DNA of 64,000 nucleotides from Candidatus Binatia bacterium. Lineage in GTDB: Bacteria > Desulfobacterota > Binatia > Bin18. Made by a program: the position numbers and the translations under genes. The notes beneath the pieces are model-generated. The model was not told the origin of the DNA and searched no databases. It was given only the letters and a program-made list of their open reading frames with translations. Of this stretch, positions 9,749 through 21,338 are shown piece after piece (the first letter of the stretch is position 1; each line of letters begins with the position of its first letter). The stretch is from the NCBI GenBank assembly GCA_963666315.2, contig CAXXHG010000010.1:32001-96000 (forward strand), in the 5' to 3' direction.

Positions 9749-12055
9749 CTAAGAACGTGGCTCCCGCCGTCGTGGCGCAGCAGACAGCGGCGTTGTTGCC
9801 ACAATCTGCTTGGCAAAGATTTCGGGGTCTGACGTCGGCAAGGCACACACGTGCTGCTCGCACACATAGGCCGTCACCTTGCCCTTAATCGCAATTTTAG
9901 CCTCAAGCCAGGGGATCACTTTTTGGTGCGCAGTGAGTTGGCTGCCTTGCGTCACTACAGAGACGACCCGATTCGGAATGAAATGCGTCCGGAGTTGCAC
10001 CAGCAGGGGTTCAGCCGTGTCTTGTGGCGACGCTTTCACTATCGCAATCTCTTTGGGTCGGTCTAAGGAAAAGTCGAGCGCGCTGAGCATACGTGGCATA
10101 CGCGTCGGACTCTTCTTCAGCTGTGAGGCGAACGCCCGGAAACACCGCTGAGCAAGTTGGCGATAGTGCTCGTTGGTCGTCAACTCCGCAAGTCGGAGCA
10201 GGTTCTGAACGGCAACCGCATTGCCCGAGGGTTCGGCTCCATCATAGGACGGTTTTTCGCGCGCCAGCAGTGCCTCTGCGTCATCAGCGGTGAGGAAGAA
10301 TCCGCCATGTTGACTATCCCAAAAGTGTTTTTCTAGCACGGCTTGTAAGGCAATCGCCTCTTGGAGCCACGCGAGCTCGAATGTGGCTTCATACAGATCA
10401 AGCAAGCCGGCAATAAAAAACGCGTAATCATCGAGATAGGCGTCTCCGCCTATTGTTGTCTCAAGCGCACTCCGTTGCAGTCGTCCTGCCTGTTTCATAT
10501 GCGTCAGAATGAATGTCGCTGCACCTTTTGCCCGCTCGGCATAGATCGGAGCACCTAAGACCTGTGCCCCTCGGGCAAAGGCCGAGATGGCCAGTCCGTT
10601 CCAAGATACCAATACTTTGGTGTCGGTATGGGGTGGGATACGTTTCTGGCGTGCCTGGTAGAGAATTTTCCGTATCGTCCGGAGTTTCGCCCGCATCTGC
10701 TCAAGGCCGAGGCCTTGGGCTGCAGCCACTGCTGCGAGGGGCTGGGAAACAGAAAAAATATTTGCGCCCTCAAAATTCCCCTGCGCCGTCACACCATAAT
10801 GATGTTGGATCAAGCGCGTCTGCTGAGGATCGAGGAGCGCTTCGAGTTCAGCCCGCGTCCAGACGAAAAATTTGCCTTCTTCGCCTTCGCTGTCCGCGTC
10901 GGTCGCAGAGTAAAATCCGCCCCCTGGAGCACGCATCTCACGGTCAAGATAATCAAGGATCTCACGCGCGACAGAAGCAAAATCCTCTCGTGCAGTGGCC
11001 TGATAGCCTTCCAGATAGGCAACCGTGAGCAGCGCATTATCATACAGCATTTTCTCAAAATGCGGCACCAGCCATTCCCGGTCTGTTGAGTAGCGATGAA
11101 ACCCGCCGCCGACCTGATCATACATGCCCCCGGCGGCCATGCTCTCTAAGGTCTTGACCACCATGTCTTGGACCTTCTGATCATCAACCCGGCGACTATA
11201 GCGGAGGAGAAATTCCAAAGTCACACTGCGCGGAAACTTCGGAACCTTCCCAAAACCGCCGTATTTCGCATCGAAAATTCTGGTAAATGATTCGGCGGCA
11301 TGCTTGAGCACCGCCGCAGTCGGACTGTCTTCAGTCGCGCTCGGAACGACCGCGGTCTCGATTCGCTGGGTCAGATTTTTTGCTATCTCTCCTACACGAT
11401 CCGGATCCTTATGGTAGATCTCCTGCAGACGGGTCAGCAGCGTTAAAAATCCCGCTTTCTGACCACGCATACCGTCGCGGGGCGGGAAATAGGTTCCGCC
11501 ATAAAAGGGCTGGCGGTCCGAGGTCAGCCAAACCGTCATCGGCCATCCACCTCGACCGGTCAACATCTGTACGGCAGTCATATAAATTCCATCTAGGTCG
11601 GGTCGTTGTTCTCGGTCGACTTTCACGACAATATAGTGGCGGTTGAGATACTCAGCGATAGACAGGTCTTCAAAAGACTCCTTCTCCATGACGTGGCACC
11701 AGTGACAGGTGGAATAGCCTATGGACAGCAGGACGGGTTTATTTTCCTGTTTGGCTCGCGCAAAGGCTGCATCTCCCCACGAATGCCAATTCACTGGATT
11801 ATGCGCATGCTGAAGGAGATACGGGCTCGGTTCGAGGATGAGTCGATTGGTATAATGCGGACTGCCATCTTCAAAAAGGTGGTGGGTCCGCGGCGTATAC
11901 GTTTTGCCCTTTGCTGCAAGCGCCTCTTCCAGCTGCTGCTGCACTGCCGCCGGGAATGGTTCAGTCCCAGGCAATATTTTTGGTGCCGTTGCTGCCAGGG
12001 CACTGCTCAAGAGCATAAGACTACCCAAGAGAGTCCCACAATATTTGACGAACAT
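9749..12055 (-). CDS. Thioredoxin-domain protein YyaL/SPATA20 (DUF255) with signal peptide
   Basis: [34 protein letters not shown]; likely start at 12055 after GGAGG. Confidence 0.92.
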   Translation of the reverse strand: MFVKYCGTLLGSLMLLSSALAATAPKILPGTEPFPAAVQQQLEEALAAKGKTYTPRTHHLFEDGSPHYTNRLILEPSPYLLQHAHNPVNWHSWGDAAFARAKQENKPVLLSIGYSTCHWCHVMEKESFEDLSIAEYLNRHYIVVKVDREQRPDLDGIYMTAVQMLTGRGGWPMTVWLTSDRQPFYGGTYFPPRDGMRGQKAGFLTLLTRLQEIYHKDPDRVGEIAKNLTQRIETAVVPSATEDSPTAAVLKHAAESFTRIFDAKYGGFGKVPKFPRSVTLEFLLRYSRRVDDQKVQDMVVKTLESMAAGGMYDQVGGGFHRYSTDREWLVPHFEKMLYDNALLTVAYLEGYQATAREDFASVAREILDYLDREMRAPGGGFYSATDADSEGEEGKFFVWTRAELEALLDPQQTRLIQHHYGVTAQGNFEGANIFSVSQPLAAVAAAQGLGLEQMRAKLRTIRKILYQARQKRIPPHTDTKVLVSWNGLAISAFARGAQVLGAPIYAERAKGAATFILTHMKQAGRLQRSALETTIGGDAYLDDYAFFIAGLLDLYEATFELAWLQEAIALQAVLEKHFWDSQHGGFFLTADDAEALLAREKPSYDGAEPSGNAVAVQNLLRLAELTTNEHYRQLAQRCFRAFASQLKKSPTRMPRMLSALDFSLDRPKEIAIVKASPQDTAEPLLVQLRTHFIPNRVVSVVTQGSQLTAHQKVIPWLEAKIAIKGKVTAYVCEQHVCALPTSDPEIFAKQIVATTPLSAAPRRREPRS

Positions 12056-12213
12056 ATAGCCTCCCTCTCTCAACACTTTTCTCAGCTTGTCACGGGTCAC
12101 GACAGAGTAGACGGACAAAACGCGAGCCATCTCAGCACCGAATCCATTCCCAAATGTATTCCGTCCGGCATGAGCAGAAAAGAACACATGCATTTTGCCG
12201 ATAACCTCAACCG

Positions 12214-13158
12214 ATGGACTATACTATAAGTAATGGCGAGCTCGGTATCGCGTCCAAGAGGAGTTCTCCGGCTATGATACGCTCCAACCGGGCTATGACG
12301 CACGTAATGAGTCCGCGTTCCGGTTCCAACGTGTCCCGTACGCTGGAGCCAGCTACTCACTCGGTAGGTCACTCCCCCCTCGTTCCGAAGAAGTGTGTTC
12401 GCAGGAAACCGCTCCTCTCCATCATTATCCCCGTCTATAATGAGGTAGACACAATCTGTGAAATCCTCAAGCGGGTTGCCCAAACGCCCTTCCCCAAAGA
12501 GGTCCTTGTCGTCGACGATGGTTCTACGGACGGTACCCGGGAGTTCCTCCAGGAGCTCCTGGATATCGAGCCGCTCCTTGATGGGAAAAGCCTGTTAGCG
12601 CCCTGTCAAGTGACGCCGCTGTTCCATGCCGACAACCAAGGTAAAGGGCAAGCCATCAGAACCGCGCTGAGTAAGGCCACGGGATCTTTCATTCTAATCC
12701 AAGATGCCGATCTCGAATACGACCCCTCGGACTATCCGCAGCTGCTCACGCCATTACTGACCGGACAAGCGGACGTGGTCTATGGTTCTCGTTTTTTACA
12801 CCCGCCTTCCAGCTCTGGGCCCTTCTGGCTCTCCTGGCATACGGCGATCAATAAAGCGCTCACTGCACTCTCCAATACTTGTACCCAACTCCAGCTCACG
12901 GATATGGAGACGTGCTATAAGGTCTTTCGAGCCCAGGTATTGCAGGGCATCACTCTGCGTTCAAAACGGTTTGGGTTCGAGCCTGAAATCACAGCCAAAA
13001 TTGCACGTCGTGGCGCGCGGGTGTGCGAGGTGCCTATTTCATACACCCCACGGACATACACGCAAGGCAAGAAGATAGGGTGGCACAACGGCTTGGCCGC
13101 GCTGTGGACTATTCTCCGTTGCAATTTTTTTGAGACTGATGATGTCGTCGAGATGTAA
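12214..13158 (+). CDS. GT2 glycosyltransferase (DPM1-like polyprenol-phosphate glycosyltransferase)
   Basis: [48 protein letters not shown]; the true start is probably downstream of 12214. Confidence 0.9.
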   Translation: MDYTISNGELGIASKRSSPAMIRSNRAMTHVMSPRSGSNVSRTLEPATHSVGHSPLVPKKCVRRKPLLSIIIPVYNEVDTICEILKRVAQTPFPKEVLVVDDGSTDGTREFLQELLDIEPLLDGKSLLAPCQVTPLFHADNQGKGQAIRTALSKATGSFILIQDADLEYDPSDYPQLLTPLLTGQADVVYGSRFLHPPSSSGPFWLSWHTAINKALTALSNTCTQLQLTDMETCYKVFRAQVLQGITLRSKRFGFEPEITAKIARRGARVCEVPISYTPRTYTQGKKIGWHNGLAALWTILRCNFFETDDVVEM

Positions 13159-13237
13159 CCTGCGACCGTGCCGACCATGTCTCCAACGATGTCCTCCCGC
13201 TCACCGCCGAACTCCATACGGCTGGATTGCGCAGCGC

Positions 13238-14629
13238 TTATTCCAGCCCCTGAGTGGCTGTTTCAGCCTCTCTTTTTTGACTTTTGGCGCCGGCGTTCTT
13301 GACTTCCCCCGCCTGGACGCACTTCCGAAAAATCCGGTGCCAGTTCGCGACCGTACGGAACTGCTGCACATAGGATTCCAGGCCCAACAGTGCCCGCACA
13401 AGAAACAGCCGATGGCCTGGCACCTTAAAAATACGGTGCTGCACACTGATATTAGTCACCTCTACGGCTTTATCCACAGAATGGAAATCTCGCGGGTCGT
13501 ACTCGCGGTCCTCCAGCACCGGTTCAAATACGAGATACATAATGCGAACGAGCGGCGCAGGATCATCGCCCGGATCCAGATAGCCGAGTTGGAGAAAACA
13601 ACGGGCCATGGTTTTTTCATCACGATCTAAAACCGCTTGCGCCAGCCTGCGGTAGCCTTCTCTGATATCGTCGGGAAAGAAGCGTACGCTACCGAAATCC
13701 AACATGGCGATCTTGGGATGGTACGTGATGAGATAATTGCCTGGATGCGGATCGGTGTGAAGCGCACCGAAGGAACAGATCTGCCGCCAGGTGATCTCAA
13801 AGTATTTGATTGCCACCCAATCTTTGAGTTCACGATCAACACCGGGAGATAAAATGTCCTGTAGTTTGTAGCCGTCGATGAACTCCAGCGTTAACACCCG
13901 CCGTGAGGAAAAATCCGGATAGACCTGGGGGATAATCACCTCGTCATCTGCGGCAAAAAGTCGCTGAAAGATGGCGATATTCTCTGCTTCATTGACATAA
14001 TCGACCTCTTCCTGGAGTCGCTCCTCCGTCTCTTGGTAAATCTCTGTTGCATCAAAATTCTGGCGCAGGACATCCCGTAAAATGAGCGTAAAAACTTGGA
14101 GTAAGGCTTTGAAGTTTTTGAGATCCTGGCCCACAGTGGCAGCCACGCCGGGATACTGGACCTTGACCACGACTTCTTCTCCGCTTTTGAGTTGAGCACG
14201 GTGCACTTGGCCAAGCGAGGCAGCTGCAAACGCCTTTTTCTCAAAAGACTTGAACAGGCGTTCCGGATCTTGACCAAGCTCGTTCTGCACCTGGGTTCGG
14301 ATGAGGTCGTAATCCATGGGGGGAACCGAGGACTGGACGACAGACAGGATGTCCAGCACCTCAGTCGGGAAGAGGTCGCTACGCATGCTGAGCATCTGAA
14401 TGAGCTTCATGAACGCACCACGAAGCTCGCGTGAGCTTTCCACAATGCGCAGCGCATTCTTGAGATGCAGATCCAGCCGCTCCTGCTCTTTGTCTGCGCC
14501 AAACTGAAACGGCTGCTTGAGCGCTTGCCAGGCGTAGCTGCCGCCTATAGACGTGGCGAGTGAGCCAAGCTGAAGGGCGCGTTTCCCCCGGCCTTGGGTC
14601 AGTTCGTTAGAAGATTTTTTGGGAGGCAT
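13238..14629 (-). CDS. ABC1/UbiB (AarF) atypical protein kinase
   Basis: AAASLGQVHRA, VVVKVQYPG, HTDPHPGN, LDFG. Confidence 0.93.
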   Translation of the reverse strand: MPPKKSSNELTQGRGKRALQLGSLATSIGGSYAWQALKQPFQFGADKEQERLDLHLKNALRIVESSRELRGAFMKLIQMLSMRSDLFPTEVLDILSVVQSSVPPMDYDLIRTQVQNELGQDPERLFKSFEKKAFAAASLGQVHRAQLKSGEEVVVKVQYPGVAATVGQDLKNFKALLQVFTLILRDVLRQNFDATEIYQETEERLQEEVDYVNEAENIAIFQRLFAADDEVIIPQVYPDFSSRRVLTLEFIDGYKLQDILSPGVDRELKDWVAIKYFEITWRQICSFGALHTDPHPGNYLITYHPKIAMLDFGSVRFFPDDIREGYRRLAQAVLDRDEKTMARCFLQLGYLDPGDDPAPLVRIMYLVFEPVLEDREYDPRDFHSVDKAVEVTNISVQHRIFKVPGHRLFLVRALLGLESYVQQFRTVANWHRIFRKCVQAGEVKNAGAKSQKREAETATQGLE

Positions 14630-14654
14630 AAGGAAAGGGGGACAGGCTGCACTC

Positions 14655-15416
14655 TCACGCAGCGCGTGCGCTGAGTCGAGTCATCAAGGTCGCTGCGGCT
14701 GCAGCACCAAAGCCGTTATCAATGTTGACGACGGTCACGCCGGCAGCACAGGAGTTGAGCATGGCCAGCAGCGCGGCAACGCCGCCAAAGCTCGCCCCAT
14801 AACCAATACTCGTCGGGACAGCGATGATCGGCCGGTCGACGAGTCCACCGATCACACTCGGCAGGGCACCTTCCATACCGGCGACAACAATTAAGACCGA
14901 CGCGGTCATAAGTTGGTCCAGACTATCGAGCAGGCGATGGATTCCAGCGACACCAACATCATACAGGCGTTCGACCCGATTCCCGAGCCATTCTGCTGAG
15001 ATCACGGCCTCTTCGGCAACAGGAATGTCCGCTGTGCCAGCCGAGATCACCAGGATAGGCGTCCGCGTGTGTGGGACAGGGGGCTCGCCCAGCGCTCCGA
15101 TCCGTCCCTCGGGGTAATAGCGCAATGTGGGCAAAACAACTTGCACCTCTCGTGCCGTTGATTCATCTAAACGCGTAATCAGAGCCTGCTGCCCGTTCTC
15201 AACCAGACGGCTTGCAATAGTACTGATGTGCTGGCTTGTTTTGCCTAGACCCAAGATGACTTCGGGGAAGCCTTTACGAATCGAACGATGATGGTCGATA
15301 CGGGCGAAGCCCAAGTCCTCAAAGGGGAACACCTTAAGCGCCTCGAGAGCACGGTCGATCTGCAGCTCCCCCTTTTGGACCTGGGAGAGGATTTCAGTAA
15401 GACGATCACGCGTCAT
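14655..15416 (-). CDS. larB: Nickel-pincer cofactor biosynthesis protein LarB
   Basis: DHHRSIRKGFPEV, AGTADIPVAEE, DVGVAGIHRL, AGMEGALPSV, VVNIDNGFGA. Confidence 0.92.
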   Translation of the reverse strand: MTRDRLTEILSQVQKGELQIDRALEALKVFPFEDLGFARIDHHRSIRKGFPEVILGLGKTSQHISTIASRLVENGQQALITRLDESTAREVQVVLPTLRYYPEGRIGALGEPPVPHTRTPILVISAGTADIPVAEEAVISAEWLGNRVERLYDVGVAGIHRLLDSLDQLMTASVLIVVAGMEGALPSVIGGLVDRPIIAVPTSIGYGASFGGVAALLAMLNSCAAGVTVVNIDNGFGAAAAATLMTRLSARAA

Positions 15417-16411
15417 GACAGCTTCCGAGAAAAGTGGTCAAACCCCGTAAATTCCGCTGCAGGGCGCATGCCGTCAGCCAGCTTGACCCTGACCCCTGCC
15501 GCGTGTGGCGTCAGAGCACCGATACGTGTAATAGGGCAACCACTCTGTGCTGCCACTTCCGAAATTTCCGGGCGGACAGCCACGGGCGCGCTCAATAACA
15601 GTTCGTAGTCTTCGCCACCCGTCAACGCCAGCTGCCAGTCATCTGCCCCAAGCAGGCTTCGATAGCCGTTCGAGAGCGGGAGGGCGGCAGCTTCAATAAC
15701 AGCCCCCACCCCGCTTGCCGCACACAGATGTCCAAGGTCTTGGAGCAGTCCGTCGCTGACGTCTATCATGGCGGTTGCCAGGTGCCGGGCCGCAATTTCT
15801 CGTCCCAGACCAACACGCGCGGTCGGACACAAGAAGCGCTGTTTCACCTGTTGGATCGCGACATCCTCAAGGCTGCCTGCTTTTTCCTCCCGCAGCAGTC
15901 GCAGACCCAGCGCAGCATCACCGACTGTTCCGGTCACATACACATCATCGCCAACGCGTGCTCCAGAACGGGTGATCGGGTCATACAGGGTGCGCCCCAG
16001 GAGAGACACAGAGATCATGAAAACAGGAGCGGCACTCATATTTCCACCAACGAGCGCGGTCGTATGGGCACCCGCAGCATCTAGGAAGCCGTCAAAGAAT
16101 GCGTCCAGGTCCGCGACTGCATAGTCCTGAGGGACCCCCAGACTCAACAGGGCAAATGTCGGCTCGCCGCCCATGGCGGCGACATCGCTCGCATTGACCG
16201 CAAAGGCCTTCTCTCCTAATACTGAAAAAGGCGTCCACTCGCAGCGAAAATGGACGCCTTCTATCATCGCATCAGTTGTCAACACCGTTATCCCGGACAG
16301 CGAGAGCGCCGCGCAGTCGTCTCCGACCCCGAGCCGGACTCGTGGATCGTCAGGCAACCGATCACGCAATCGGCGCAGAAATGGGAACTCGCCGAGATCC
16401 CGAATCTTCAT
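15413..16411 (-). CDS. thiL: Thiamine-monophosphate kinase
   Basis: GVGDDCA, EGVHF, NASDVAAMGG, IDVSDGL, GGEDYEL. Confidence 0.95.
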   Translation of the reverse strand: MKIRDLGEFPFLRRLRDRLPDDPRVRLGVGDDCAALSLSGITVLTTDAMIEGVHFRCEWTPFSVLGEKAFAVNASDVAAMGGEPTFALLSLGVPQDYAVADLDAFFDGFLDAAGAHTTALVGGNMSAAPVFMISVSLLGRTLYDPITRSGARVGDDVYVTGTVGDAALGLRLLREEKAGSLEDVAIQQVKQRFLCPTARVGLGREIAARHLATAMIDVSDGLLQDLGHLCAASGVGAVIEAAALPLSNGYRSLLGADDWQLALTGGEDYELLLSAPVAVRPEISEVAAQSGCPITRIGALTPHAAGVRVKLADGMRPAAEFTGFDHFSRKLS

Positions 16412-16417
16412 ACTCGT

Positions 16418-17530
16418 TTAGCCAAAAATTTCTTTTACTTTATCAAAAAAGCTCTTAGAAATCGGATGGGCACCCCCGCCATCGAGACGCGCAAACTCTT
16501 CGAGCAGTTCCCGCTGTTTGTGACCCAGTTTCATCGGAGTTTCAACCACAACGCGTACCAATTGGTCGCCCCTCCCGCCACCGTGCAGATCGACGACCCC
16601 TTTGCCACGCAACCGAAAGACTCTGCCCGACTGCGTGCCGGCGGGCACTTTCATTTTTATCTTGCCTTCAAGCGTCGGAACTTCGATATCCCCGCCCAGG
16701 GCTGCTTGTGGAAAGCTAATCGGCATCTCACACACCACGGCGTTATTCTGCCGTTCGAAAAGCGGATGCGCGCGCACCTTGATGGTGACATACAAATCCC
16801 CAGGGATACCTCCTGCCGGACCGGCTTCCCCTTCCCTACGCAGCTTAAGTCGAGAATCCGAGTCTACTCCACCCGGAATCTTGATCTGTAAATTTGATGT
16901 TTTTCTGACCGCTCCAGACCCCCGGCACGCTGCACACGGATCCGTGATCACAGCGCCCTGGCCACCACACTGGTTACACGTTCGAGCTATGGTGAAAAAA
17001 CCTTGCTGGAAACGGACCTGCCCGCTACCACGACAGGTGCCGCACGTTCTCGGCCTTGTGCCGGCCTTTGCCCCACTCCCTTGACAGGCTCCGCACGTCG
17101 CCATACGTGGAATGGATACCGTTTTTTCCGTTCCAAAGGCTGCCTCTTCAAAAGAAATGTCCAGGCTATAGCTCAGATCTTCCCCACGCTGCTGACGTCC
17201 ACCCCGGCTTCCGCCGCCGAAAAAGTCACCAAAAATATCGCCAAAAATATCCTCGAAATTCGTGGAAGACCCGAATCCTCCACCAAATCCGGCTCCACCC
17301 TGTTCAAATGCGGCATGTCCAAAGCGATCATATTGGGCCCGTTTCTCCTGGTCGCTGAGGATCTGGTAGGCTTCAGCGAGTTCTTTGAATTTCTCCTCAG
17401 CAGCTTTGTCCCCAGGGTTACGGTCGGGATGATACAGCAGGGCCGCCTTACGGTAGGCCTTTTTAAGATCGTCGTCTCCAACGTCCCGACCAACGCCCAG
17501 CAGTTCGTAATAATCTGCTTTGCTCGCCAT
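16418..17530 (-). CDS. dnaJ: Chaperone DnaJ
   Basis: J domain with HPD, G/F-rich region, four CxxCxGxG repeats. Confidence 0.98.
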   Translation of the reverse strand: MASKADYYELLGVGRDVGDDDLKKAYRKAALLYHPDRNPGDKAAEEKFKELAEAYQILSDQEKRAQYDRFGHAAFEQGGAGFGGGFGSSTNFEDIFGDIFGDFFGGGSRGGRQQRGEDLSYSLDISFEEAAFGTEKTVSIPRMATCGACQGSGAKAGTRPRTCGTCRGSGQVRFQQGFFTIARTCNQCGGQGAVITDPCAACRGSGAVRKTSNLQIKIPGGVDSDSRLKLRREGEAGPAGGIPGDLYVTIKVRAHPLFERQNNAVVCEMPISFPQAALGGDIEVPTLEGKIKMKVPAGTQSGRVFRLRGKGVVDLHGGGRGDQLVRVVVETPMKLGHKQRELLEEFARLDGGGAHPISKSFFDKVKEIFG

Positions 17531-17565
17531 ACCTGCCCCTATCCCTCAACAATAACAATAACAAT

Positions 17566-17604
17566 AAAAACCCCCACTCTTCCAACTGTAGGAGAAGTGG
17601 GGGT
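17566..17604 (-). terminator. Terminator-like hairpin between dnaK and dnaJ
   Basis: Imperfect stem CCCCCACT...AGTGGGGG followed by TTTTT on the minus strand. Confidence 0.65.
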
Positions 17605-17639
17605 CCTAAGAGCTTGACTCAACGTCTACTTGTCAACGT

Positions 17640-19574
17640 CTACTTAACTTCCTCGAAGTCGGCATCAACAACGTCGTCCTTCTCTTTTGCCTGTCCGCTC
17701 TCCGCTCCGTTTCCGGCTTGCGCTCCGTCAGCCCCGGTCTGTGCACCCGGCGTGTTAGCCTGCTCTTGCGCAGCTTTCGCGTACATGGCTTCGGCCAGCT
17801 TATGAGACTCCGTAGTCAGCTCTTCGGTCGCGGCTTTCATTGCCTCGGTGTCGTCCCCTTCCCGAGCTTTTTTAGCTTTCTCTAACGCAGACTCGATATT
17901 GCGCACCGTTTCTGCATCCACTTCATCCTTATGGTCAGCAAGCGACTTCTCTGTCGAGTAGACCAAAGAATCCAATTGGTTATGCGCCTCAATACGTTCC
18001 TTTTTCTCCTTGTCTTCTTCGGCGTGGGACTCGGCATCCTGGACCATATTCTGGATTTCCGCCTCAGACAGTCCACTAGAGGTCGTAATCTGAATGGATT
18101 GTTCTTTCCCCGTACCGAGATCCTTGGCATTGACGTGAACAATCCCGTTGGCATCAATGTCAAAGGTGACCTCGATCTGTGGAATGCCACGCGCAGCAGG
18201 CGGAATACCCACGAGATCAAACTGGCCCAACAGTTTATTGTCTGTGGCCATTTCCCGTTCACCTTGATGTACCCGAATAGTCACCGCGGTTTGACTATCA
18301 GCAGCGGTTGAAAAGACCTGATTCTTCTTGGTCGGGATTGTGATGTTCTTGTCGATTAGTCGAGTAAACACCCCACCCAGCGTCTCAATGCCCAAAGATA
18401 GGGGGGTGACATCTAGAAGTAACACGTCTTTGACGTCACCAGTCAGCACTGCGCCCTGGATGGCCGCGCCTATGGCAACCACCTCATCCGGGTTGACACC
18501 CTTATGGGGCTCTTTACCAAAAATCTTGGCGACTCGCTCTTGGACGGCAGGCATCCGTGTCATCCCGCCGACCAAGACAATTTCATCGATCTGTTGTAGG
18601 GACAGTCCTGCATCCTTGAGGGCCGTCGAGCATGGGGAATCGAGACGGTCGAGCAGATCCGTACACAAGGCTTCCAGTTTGGCTCGGGTGAGCTTCATGG
18701 TCAAATGTTTCGGCCCACTCTGATCCGCAGTAATAAAGGGGAGATTGATTTCCGTCTCCATCGAGGACGACAGTTCGCACTTTGCCTTCTCGCCCGCTTC
18801 TCTCAGACGCTGCAGGGCCATCCGGTCTGTACGTAGATCCACACCTTGGTCCTTTTTAAACTCATCGGCAAGATAATCGATAATCCGCTGATCGAAATCA
18901 TCACCGCCGAGAAAGGTGTCGCCATGCGTCGCCTTGACCTCAAACACCCCGTCTCCGACCTCAAGGACAGAGATGTCAAAAGTGCCGCCTCCAAGGTCAA
19001 ATACGACGATCTTCTCGTCCTTCTTTTTATCGAGTCCATAGGCCAGCGAGGCCGCAGTCGGCTCATTAATAATCCGCAGCACATTGAGCCCGGCAATACG
19101 GCCGGCGTCCTTTGTCGCCTGCCGCTGTGAGTCGTTGAAATAGGCAGGAACAGTCACTACCGCGTCAGAGACGGACTCACCAAGATAATCCTCAGCCGTT
19201 TGCTTCATCTTTTGCAGCGTAAATGCTGAAATTTCAGGGGGGCTATACTGTTTGCCGCGGCTTTCGACCCAGGCGTCGCCATTCTCGGATTTGATCACTT
19301 TGTAGGGTAACAGCTGATGGGCCTTTTCCACTTCAGCATCCTCGAAGCGATGGCCGATCAGCCGTTTGATTGAAAAAATCGTATTTTCCGGATTGGTGAC
19401 AGCTTGCCGTCTGGCAATCTGACCAACCAACCGTTCTCCACTATCGGCAAAAGCCACAATAGAGGGAGTCGTGCGGTTCCCCTCCGCATTCGTAATGACT
19501 GTAGGCTCGCCGCCTTCCATGACCGCGACAACGGAGTTGGTTGTTCCCAGATCAATCCCAATTACCTTTCCCAT
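17640..19574 (-). CDS. dnaK: Chaperone DnaK
   Basis: [41 protein letters not shown]-terminal DADFEEV. Confidence 0.99.
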   Translation of the reverse strand: MGKVIGIDLGTTNSVVAVMEGGEPTVITNAEGNRTTPSIVAFADSGERLVGQIARRQAVTNPENTIFSIKRLIGHRFEDAEVEKAHQLLPYKVIKSENGDAWVESRGKQYSPPEISAFTLQKMKQTAEDYLGESVSDAVVTVPAYFNDSQRQATKDAGRIAGLNVLRIINEPTAASLAYGLDKKKDEKIVVFDLGGGTFDISVLEVGDGVFEVKATHGDTFLGGDDFDQRIIDYLADEFKKDQGVDLRTDRMALQRLREAGEKAKCELSSSMETEINLPFITADQSGPKHLTMKLTRAKLEALCTDLLDRLDSPCSTALKDAGLSLQQIDEIVLVGGMTRMPAVQERVAKIFGKEPHKGVNPDEVVAIGAAIQGAVLTGDVKDVLLLDVTPLSLGIETLGGVFTRLIDKNITIPTKKNQVFSTAADSQTAVTIRVHQGEREMATDNKLLGQFDLVGIPPAARGIPQIEVTFDIDANGIVHVNAKDLGTGKEQSIQITTSSGLSEAEIQNMVQDAESHAEEDKEKKERIEAHNQLDSLVYSTEKSLADHKDEVDAETVRNIESALEKAKKAREGDDTEAMKAATEELTTESHKLAEAMYAKAAQEQANTPGAQTGADGAQAGNGAESGQAKEKDDVVDADFEEVK

Positions 19575-19665
19575 ACCGTTCTCCTTCATGTCGGACGCCG
19601 CAGCTCCCGACTCCTAGCATAAAGCACTAGTTAATCATCACCCAAGCCGTTGGCAACCATTACGA

Positions 19666-20367
19666 CTACGACTCTGATTTTTCTTCCTCTTGGCTGTGCG
19701 GGCTCGGTGGGGCCTTGGAAACTGTGACCATGGCCGGTCGCAGCAGCCGCTCATGGAGTTGGTAGCCAGGCTGATGCTCATCAACCACGGTGTTCGGAGT
19801 GAGTTGTGCGTTTTCAACTTGGGCCACGGCTTGATGCTTGGTCGGATCAAAGATTTCATCCTTTGCCTTCATACGACACACACCATGTTTCTCCAGTGCT
19901 TCAAGAAACGAACGCAATACCAATTCCACGCCTTCCACCAGCGCCTGGCCATTCTCGTTCCCTTCGGTATGTTTCACCGCTCGCTCAAGATTATCGACCA
20001 CGGGCAGGATATCGCGCACAAGCGGCTCAACAGCAAAGCGCAGGGACTCACTCTTCTCGCGCTGCATTCGACGTTTAAAATTTTCGAGTTCGGCTCGTTC
20101 TCGAACAAAAAGGTCGTAATTCGCCTGTGCTTCTGCTGCTTTTTCTTCAAGTTCGGCCTGCAGGACCGCAATATCTCCCTCAGTCTCCTCAGTCTCCCCG
20201 GCCTGTTGTTCCGCTTGGTCTGCAGTCTGCTCAGACGTACTCTCAGCCTGAGCGTCATTGGATGTTTGTTCTTGAGATGTTTGTTCTTGTTCTTGCTCTT
20301 GTTCTTGCTCTCGTTCTTGCTCTCGTTCTTGCGGCGTTTCAGCTTGAACGCTCTCTGGCTTTTCCAT
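19666..20367 (-). CDS. grpE: Nucleotide exchange factor GrpE
   Basis: RAELENFKRR, LPVVDNLERA, FDPTKHQAV, GYQLHERLLRPAMVTV; position in the operon. Confidence 0.97.
   Translation of the reverse strand: MEKPESVQAETPQEREQEREQEQEQEQEQTSQEQTSNDAQAESTSEQTADQAEQQAGETEETEGDIAVLQAELEEKAAEAQANYDLFVRERAELENFKRRMQREKSESLRFAVEPLVRDILPVVDNLERAVKHTEGNENGQALVEGVELVLRSFLEALEKHGVCRMKAKDEIFDPTKHQAVAQVENAQLTPNTVVDEHQPGYQLHERLLRPAMVTVSKAPPSPHSQEEEKSES
20270..20331. repeat. Imperfect 6-bp tandem repeat encoding QEREQEREQEQEQEQEQ in the GrpE N-terminus
   Basis: Run of tcttgt/tcttgc/tctcgt units visible in the sequence. Confidence 0.85.
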
Positions 20368-20490
20368 GCTCTCCCTCATTTACTCTTGATCCTGTACTCA
20401 TGAACCTGTCGCGCCTATAAGGTTTTCCGAATCTCGCACTTTCTTATATTTATCGTGTATTTATGGTAGGGAAGACGGGAAGCTGCAGGA

Positions 20491-20519
20491 AATGTAAGAA
20501 TCGCTCCCCAGACTGTCAA
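20491..20519 (-). promoter_or_regulatory. Sigma70-type promoter for grpE-dnaK-dnaJ
   Basis: Minus strand TTGACA-17 nt-TACATT. Confidence 0.6.
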
Positions 20520-20526
20520 GGCAAAA

Positions 20527-21324
20527 ATGCGAGAAGAGCGTACTCAGGCCATAGTCCTCCGTACTCGAGTACATGGCGAATCAGATAAGATTGTAACATT
20601 TCTTACCCAAGACTGGGGGAAAGTCACCGGGATCGCGAAAGGGGCAAAGCGCTCACGTCGTCGTTTCGTCAATGTTCTTGAGCTCTTTACACATGTCGCA
20701 TTGCGATTCCGGCCGACCAGATCAGACGGATTAGCCTTTATTTTGGGCTGCGATTGGCTACAAACCTTTCGCAGTCCGAGTCAAGACCTGAAAAAATTTG
20801 CCTGTGCCAGCTATATGACCGAGCTCACTGACGTCATGGTTGCCGGGCGTGAGGCCGGTCAGGAAATATATTTGCTGCTCCTGCACAGCCTGTCCGCGCT
20901 GGAAGACCACCCCGCCCTGCCTGCCCTTTTTCTGCCCGCTTTTGAGCTTCGGCTGCTCATCGACGTGGGTTACGCCCCGAATATGACCGACTGCCAGTTA
21001 TGTGCTACCGCCCTGACGCCTGACGCTCACACCCTGGCCTTTTCTCCCAGTCTGAGCGGCCTCGTCTGCCCGCAGTGCACCGCCCAGGCAGGGGCGACAT
21101 TTCGGCTTTCACCTGAGACCCTGATGCTATTTCAGGTCTGGCTCGCAAGCCAACAGTCAGTATTCCCTCTTCCCGATATTTCCCTGCGCGTAGCCCAAGA
21201 AACGCGCGCCCTGGTTTCTCGTCTCCTCGCTCAGCATCTGCCACGACCACTCAAATCAACGACTTTTCTTGATCAAATGTATATTTCCCCTCACGTTTCC
21301 ATTGACGATCTTCAGACAGGGTGA
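20527..21324 (+). CDS. recO: DNA repair protein RecO
   Basis: AIVLR...GESDKIVTFLT...GKVTGIAKGAKRSRRRF; CxxC...CxxC zinc motif. Confidence 0.95.
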   Translation: MREERTQAIVLRTRVHGESDKIVTFLTQDWGKVTGIAKGAKRSRRRFVNVLELFTHVALRFRPTRSDGLAFILGCDWLQTFRSPSQDLKKFACASYMTELTDVMVAGREAGQEIYLLLLHSLSALEDHPALPALFLPAFELRLLIDVGYAPNMTDCQLCATALTPDAHTLAFSPSLSGLVCPQCTAQAGATFRLSPETLMLFQVWLASQQSVFPLPDISLRVAQETRALVSRLLAQHLPRPLKSTTFLDQMYISPHVSIDDLQTG

Positions 21325-21338
21325 TAAGGCTTCGCGCT

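Noticed and set aside
19595-20520. CIRCE operator or hrcA at the grpE-dnaK-dnaJ operon
   Set aside because: No TTAGCACTC-N9-GAGTGCTAA match and no hrcA ORF; only a sigma70-like promoter is supportable.
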